Origin: Eledone cirrhosa
Lineage: Eukaryota
DNA length: 64,000 bases
Reading direction: 5' to 3'
NCBI GenBank assembly: GCA_964016885.1
Contig: OZ024744.1
Location: 38,192,001 to 38,256,000 of the forward strand
In this document: positions 57,904-64,000 of the stretch, piece by piece
Layout of the letters: each line of letters starts with the position of its first letter
Position numbering within the stretch: the stretch's first letter is position 1
Notes under the pieces: generated by a model
Databases searched by the model: none
Told to the model about the DNA's origin: nothing
Seen by the model: only the letters and a program-made list of their open reading frames with translations
Position numbers and translations under genes: made by a program

Positions 57904-58477
57904 TATTTTGATTATGTGAATGTCTTCGTTTATTAATATTCTGAATAATAATAACTCCAGAAAACCCTTTTTGTAGAGTGCTTTTGAATCTATTGTAAAA
58001 CTATATTCATGAGTAATCAATGAACCATATTAATCTTTGTTGTTATATATATATATATTATATAATCTATATATATATATAATATATACTATATATATAT
58101 ATACATACATACAATATATTATGTTCTATTTACGTTGTTATCTATCTATTTTACAACTTAAAGATGTATGCAGAAAGTTACAGGAGCGTAAAAATGTTTT
58201 CAAAACTTATTTCCATTCTCTTCCTCTTTTAATATTTTTTATCATTATTATTTTCTATTACACTAATTTTGCATTTCCTCGAAATATTTCGAAACTTTGC
58301 TATGTAATCATCGATCGAAGTAAGAAAAAGATTGTGGTTTGATGGATGAGTTTGTCGTTGTTACTTCGAAAGAATAAACCGTTTTCTTAAGGTTATAAGA
58401 TTAAAGAATTAAGGTTATAAGGTTAAAGAATAAACCGTTGTCTTAAGGGTTATAAGATTATAGAAGTTATTCTTATT

Positions 58478-58677
58478 NNNNNNNNNNNNNNNNNNNNNNN
58501 NNNNNNNNNNNNNNNNNNNNNNNNNNNNNNNNNNNNNNNNNNNNNNNNNNNNNNNNNNNNNNNNNNNNNNNNNNNNNNNNNNNNNNNNNNNNNNNNNNNN
58601 NNNNNNNNNNNNNNNNNNNNNNNNNNNNNNNNNNNNNNNNNNNNNNNNNNNNNNNNNNNNNNNNNNNNNNNNNNNNN
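58478..58677. other. Assembly gap (200 N)
   Basis: Run of exactly 200 N, typical of a fixed-length scaffold join. Confidence 0.99.
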
Positions 58678-58854
58678 AAACAATATTAATACCTATTCGC
58701 ATTTTAGCTTGCTGTATGTTTCGACATTTTATTGTGATTAAATAACATAACATAAAATGGTTGGATTGAATATATTAAAAAAATTCAGCCCACCGATTAT
58801 GTCAGGATAGTAAGATTACTTACAAATTATGTATGAATTATGTAGGACGTATAA

Positions 58855-59845
<991 letters not shown>

Positions 59846-60061
59846 AATTACGCAGGTTTTATTAGCTCCACTTCATTCAGTACTGTTTCCCAAAGGATGA
59901 AATTAAATTTGTGGGAATAAAGTTAAACGAAATGTTGGATTTTCCAAATTGTTTGTATAGTAAACCTATAGTAATTGTTCGGGCAACTTCTTTACAAACA
60001 CCTTATGTTACATGTTGCCTTTACATTCCACCATATTATCTGTATCCATGCATTTATGCAA

Positions 60062-60112
<51 letters not shown>

Positions 60113-60187
60113 TTGATTTTTTTATAGTTTCAGGAGATTCCCTTAAGGGTGAAATCAGCTATTCTTTGCTTAAACTTTAATCTGTTA

Positions 60188-60279
<92 letters not shown>

Positions 60280-60391
60280 GTTATGTAATAAACAACATAA
60301 GGCAATTATTCCATTTACCAGTGATTTCTTAAAAGCAAAAAATTTGCTTTCAATCATCAGAATTCCGACGGAATTACTTCATATATATATA

Positions 60392-60495
<104 letters not shown>

Positions 60496-60849
60496 GGTAT
60501 TACGGTGCAAATTGATTATGTCCATTGACTTTCATCCTTACGGGGTCGATTAAATAAAGATCCAGAAATGCACTGGGGTCAATTTAACTGACTTTCCCGC
60601 TCCCTCAAAATTGTTGGCCTTGTACTTGAATCTGAAACCATTATTATTATTATTATTATCATTATTATTATTACACTCGAATGAAGGTTTTGGATAGTTG
60701 GTTGAATGGATGAGGACGAATTGTCTTCCAGCTTTATCCAGTGATTATATTGGCATTGAAATCGAAAATATTCGTCAGCGAAGTTTTCAAAACTGTTTCT
60801 AGAATAGTTTTACAAGATTTAAAGTCTATAGGGCTCTATTTACACACAC

Positions 60850-60996
<147 letters not shown>

Positions 60997-61245
60997 CACA
61001 CACACAGACACACACACACACACACACACACATAATACACTCACCCTCACACGCATGCACACATTCACACAAATAGATATTTGTATATATATATGTATAT
61101 ATATACATATATATATTTATATATATACTTATATATCTACAACCAAACACATGCATATATGCATGTATGAATCTAATTTACTGCCTATATATATATATAT
61201 TATATATATATATATTATAGGAAGAAAATTAGATTAAATATATAC

Positions 61246-61284
<39 letters not shown>

Positions 61285-61932
61285 CAATTAACTGTGTTTT
61301 ATTTCAATTAAATGGGTGTGAAGCTTGAAATGTTTCAAGATGTTTCACATTCCTGAAAGTTAATATTCATTTTTTTTTTTTGGTCTTTTCCAAATTATGG
61401 GGCTGCCATTGGTCTTTAGAATCAATCAAACATATCCAGTGTTTGATTTGTTTAACTTCATATAAATCGTAACATTTTTTTTTTTTTATTGGAATATGAT
61501 TTAATGGAGGAATAATCTGAAGAGAAGAAATAAGATTATGTGGTTTTCATGCCTAGGGTTTTTCTACATTTTTCTCTGCAAATATTATAATATATATAAT
61601 ATATTAACCAAGATTAACAGTAACAGTAAGGTATTGAAAAAACAAAGTGCATACATAGAGCCATAGTCTAAAAGTGAAACTAAATCTTTATAATACGTAA
61701 ACATATCGGATGTGGGTCTATATGGGCTTTTATATAGTAAAATCTGTCGTGAAATATTGCTGAAAATCAACATCAAGTCACACAAATGGATTCAACACTA
61801 TACAGCTTAATATTAAAAAAATAGCAAAAGAAACAACTGAAAATAATCGAACAGTTTTTCACAGAATATGTTAAAATTCTTTGCCCAAGAAAATGTAAAT
61901 AAACTTTTTCCTATGTGGTAGTAAAATGTTTT

Positions 61933-62068
<136 letters not shown>

Positions 62069-62647
62069 TGTGTGTGTGTGTATTTAGGAAAACAAAAAAA
62101 AACAAAAATTTATAAACATTACTTTTTATAAATCAGAATGCAGAAACAAACTATCTACGTGATCGAAAAGAAGTCATTGAAAAAGTAATTCATTGAAAAA
62201 TAAAAATAAAATATAAATAAAAAAGATACCGTTAATCTTCATAAGAAAGGGTTTTTTTTCTTCGTAGTAATACGAACTATATCGTCATTTGTTATTTAGG
62301 TTTTTCAAAGAAAATATGGAATTACAGTTAAAATGGGAACATAATAGTTAAGGTTAATTATTTATTTATTTTAGGTTTTAGGAGTTCATGTTCGAATAAA
62401 ACTACAAATCTGAATCTAAACGATTGGGGAACAAAAGCCCTAAATCACATGAAATTACGTATCTACAAAATTGTTGTACATACATTCACGCGCATATATA
62501 TAAATATATATATATACATATATATATATATATTGATATACACATGTCAGTATTTATACGATATACCCACATATAAACACATACACGTGCTTACGCACAC
62601 AGCCTCACATTTGCACACAGATTCACACTTACACACACACATACACA

Positions 62648-62678
<31 letters not shown>

Positions 62679-63101
62679 TTACACACACACTTAAACGTAA
62701 ATGCATACATGTAAAGAGTGTAGACTGCGTACATAATATAGATCTTTAGTCAATTTGCAATGCATTACTTGGCTTCTTTAAGCATAGAGCTTATAGGATT
62801 TACATTTTGGAAAAAAGTTGTCAATTGTATAAAAGACATTATAAGCTAAACATAGTTAAAATGTAAAGCAAAAGGTGTTAAATATTAGAATTGAACGGAT
62901 TAATTAGTATTTTTCTTTTTACGCTAATGTGGACATAATTGGTGTTATATTGAAAAGAATTTTGACTTTACATAAAATAGTTTAAATTCAACTTTAAAAT
63001 GAATTGCTTTTTTAAATGCTGGAACATAGTTATTGTATTATAACAACATACATCAAGGAATGCAATCAATTTTTATATATATATATATATATGTGTGTGT
63101 G

Positions 63102-63188
<87 letters not shown>

Positions 63189-63314
63189 GTATATATATAT
63201 GTAAGTATATATACATGTGTAATTACACAGTATGCGTGTGTTTATGTGGGTTTGCATGATATGATTTTACATATATATGGGTATTCAAATATACATATAT
63301 ACACATATATATAT

Positions 63315-63369
<55 letters not shown>

Positions 63370-63510
63370 TAAATATATACGTATATATATAAAATACATA
63401 AATATACATATAATATATATATATATATATATATGTTTGTGTGTGTTCGCCTGCGCATATGAGTACATGCGTATGTGTTTCTATATTGTTATATATACAT
63501 ACATCCGTAC

Positions 63511-63557
<47 letters not shown>

Positions 63558-64000
63558 AACTTATGAAAATGTATTTAAACAAACAACCATAACTTGTGTA
63601 TTTATGTATTTATAATAGCAAATATATGCGTGTGTGTGTGTTTTTTATTATATCCATTTATAATATATATAAATAAATATTTGCACAAAATAAGTGTATA
63701 TGTAAACAAAATTGTGCTATTGTGTATAAGTATTATACCATACAATACCCAAGCAAGTTGCTCATTTTAAATATCTATGAAGGAAGAAAAAATATTGAAC
63801 AAATTGCGAAGACTTTTACCGGAATAAGATAAAAAGATTGACCAATCAAATATTTTTCAATTAATTGCCATATTGAAAAATCTATGTCGGTGTTTTTTTG
63901 TTGTTTGTTTTGTTTTCATATAATAAACCCGCCTTTTAATAAAATAACGTTGTTTTTATTTAGTTTTTTCTCTCTTTTTTCATATCTTTGTTTGACATAT

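Noticed and set aside
58365-58477. Short jumbled repeats before the gap
   Set aside because: Contig end; may be low-quality assembly.

Overview
AT-rich, microsatellite-dense animal DNA. The SINE sequences and the (TA)n/(CA)n load look like a cephalopod (octopus); this is inferred from recalled repeat sequences, not a search. No intact host gene is evident and most track ORFs are microsatellite artefacts. Contents: (1) a ~9.9-kb 14-bp satellite with higher-order repeats; (2) two head-to-tail, apparently full-length but decayed R4/Dong-clade RLE retrotransposons with (TAA)n tails; (3) fragments of another RLE element, RTE-like and L1/Tx1-like LINEs, one with a 5' inversion and 19-bp TSD; (4) many tRNA-derived SINEs and a probable non-autonomous Helitron; (5) a 200-N gap. 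The most interesting signal is a dispersed set of short elements embedded in or next to (TA)n tracts. Several form tail-out palindromes with one-sided ~40-nt tails. About a dozen minimal type-I hammerhead ribozyme motifs occur in them, including a recurrent U3:A8/A13C core variant. I interpret these as Penelope-like (PLE) retroelement derivatives. All folds were made by eye and are untested.
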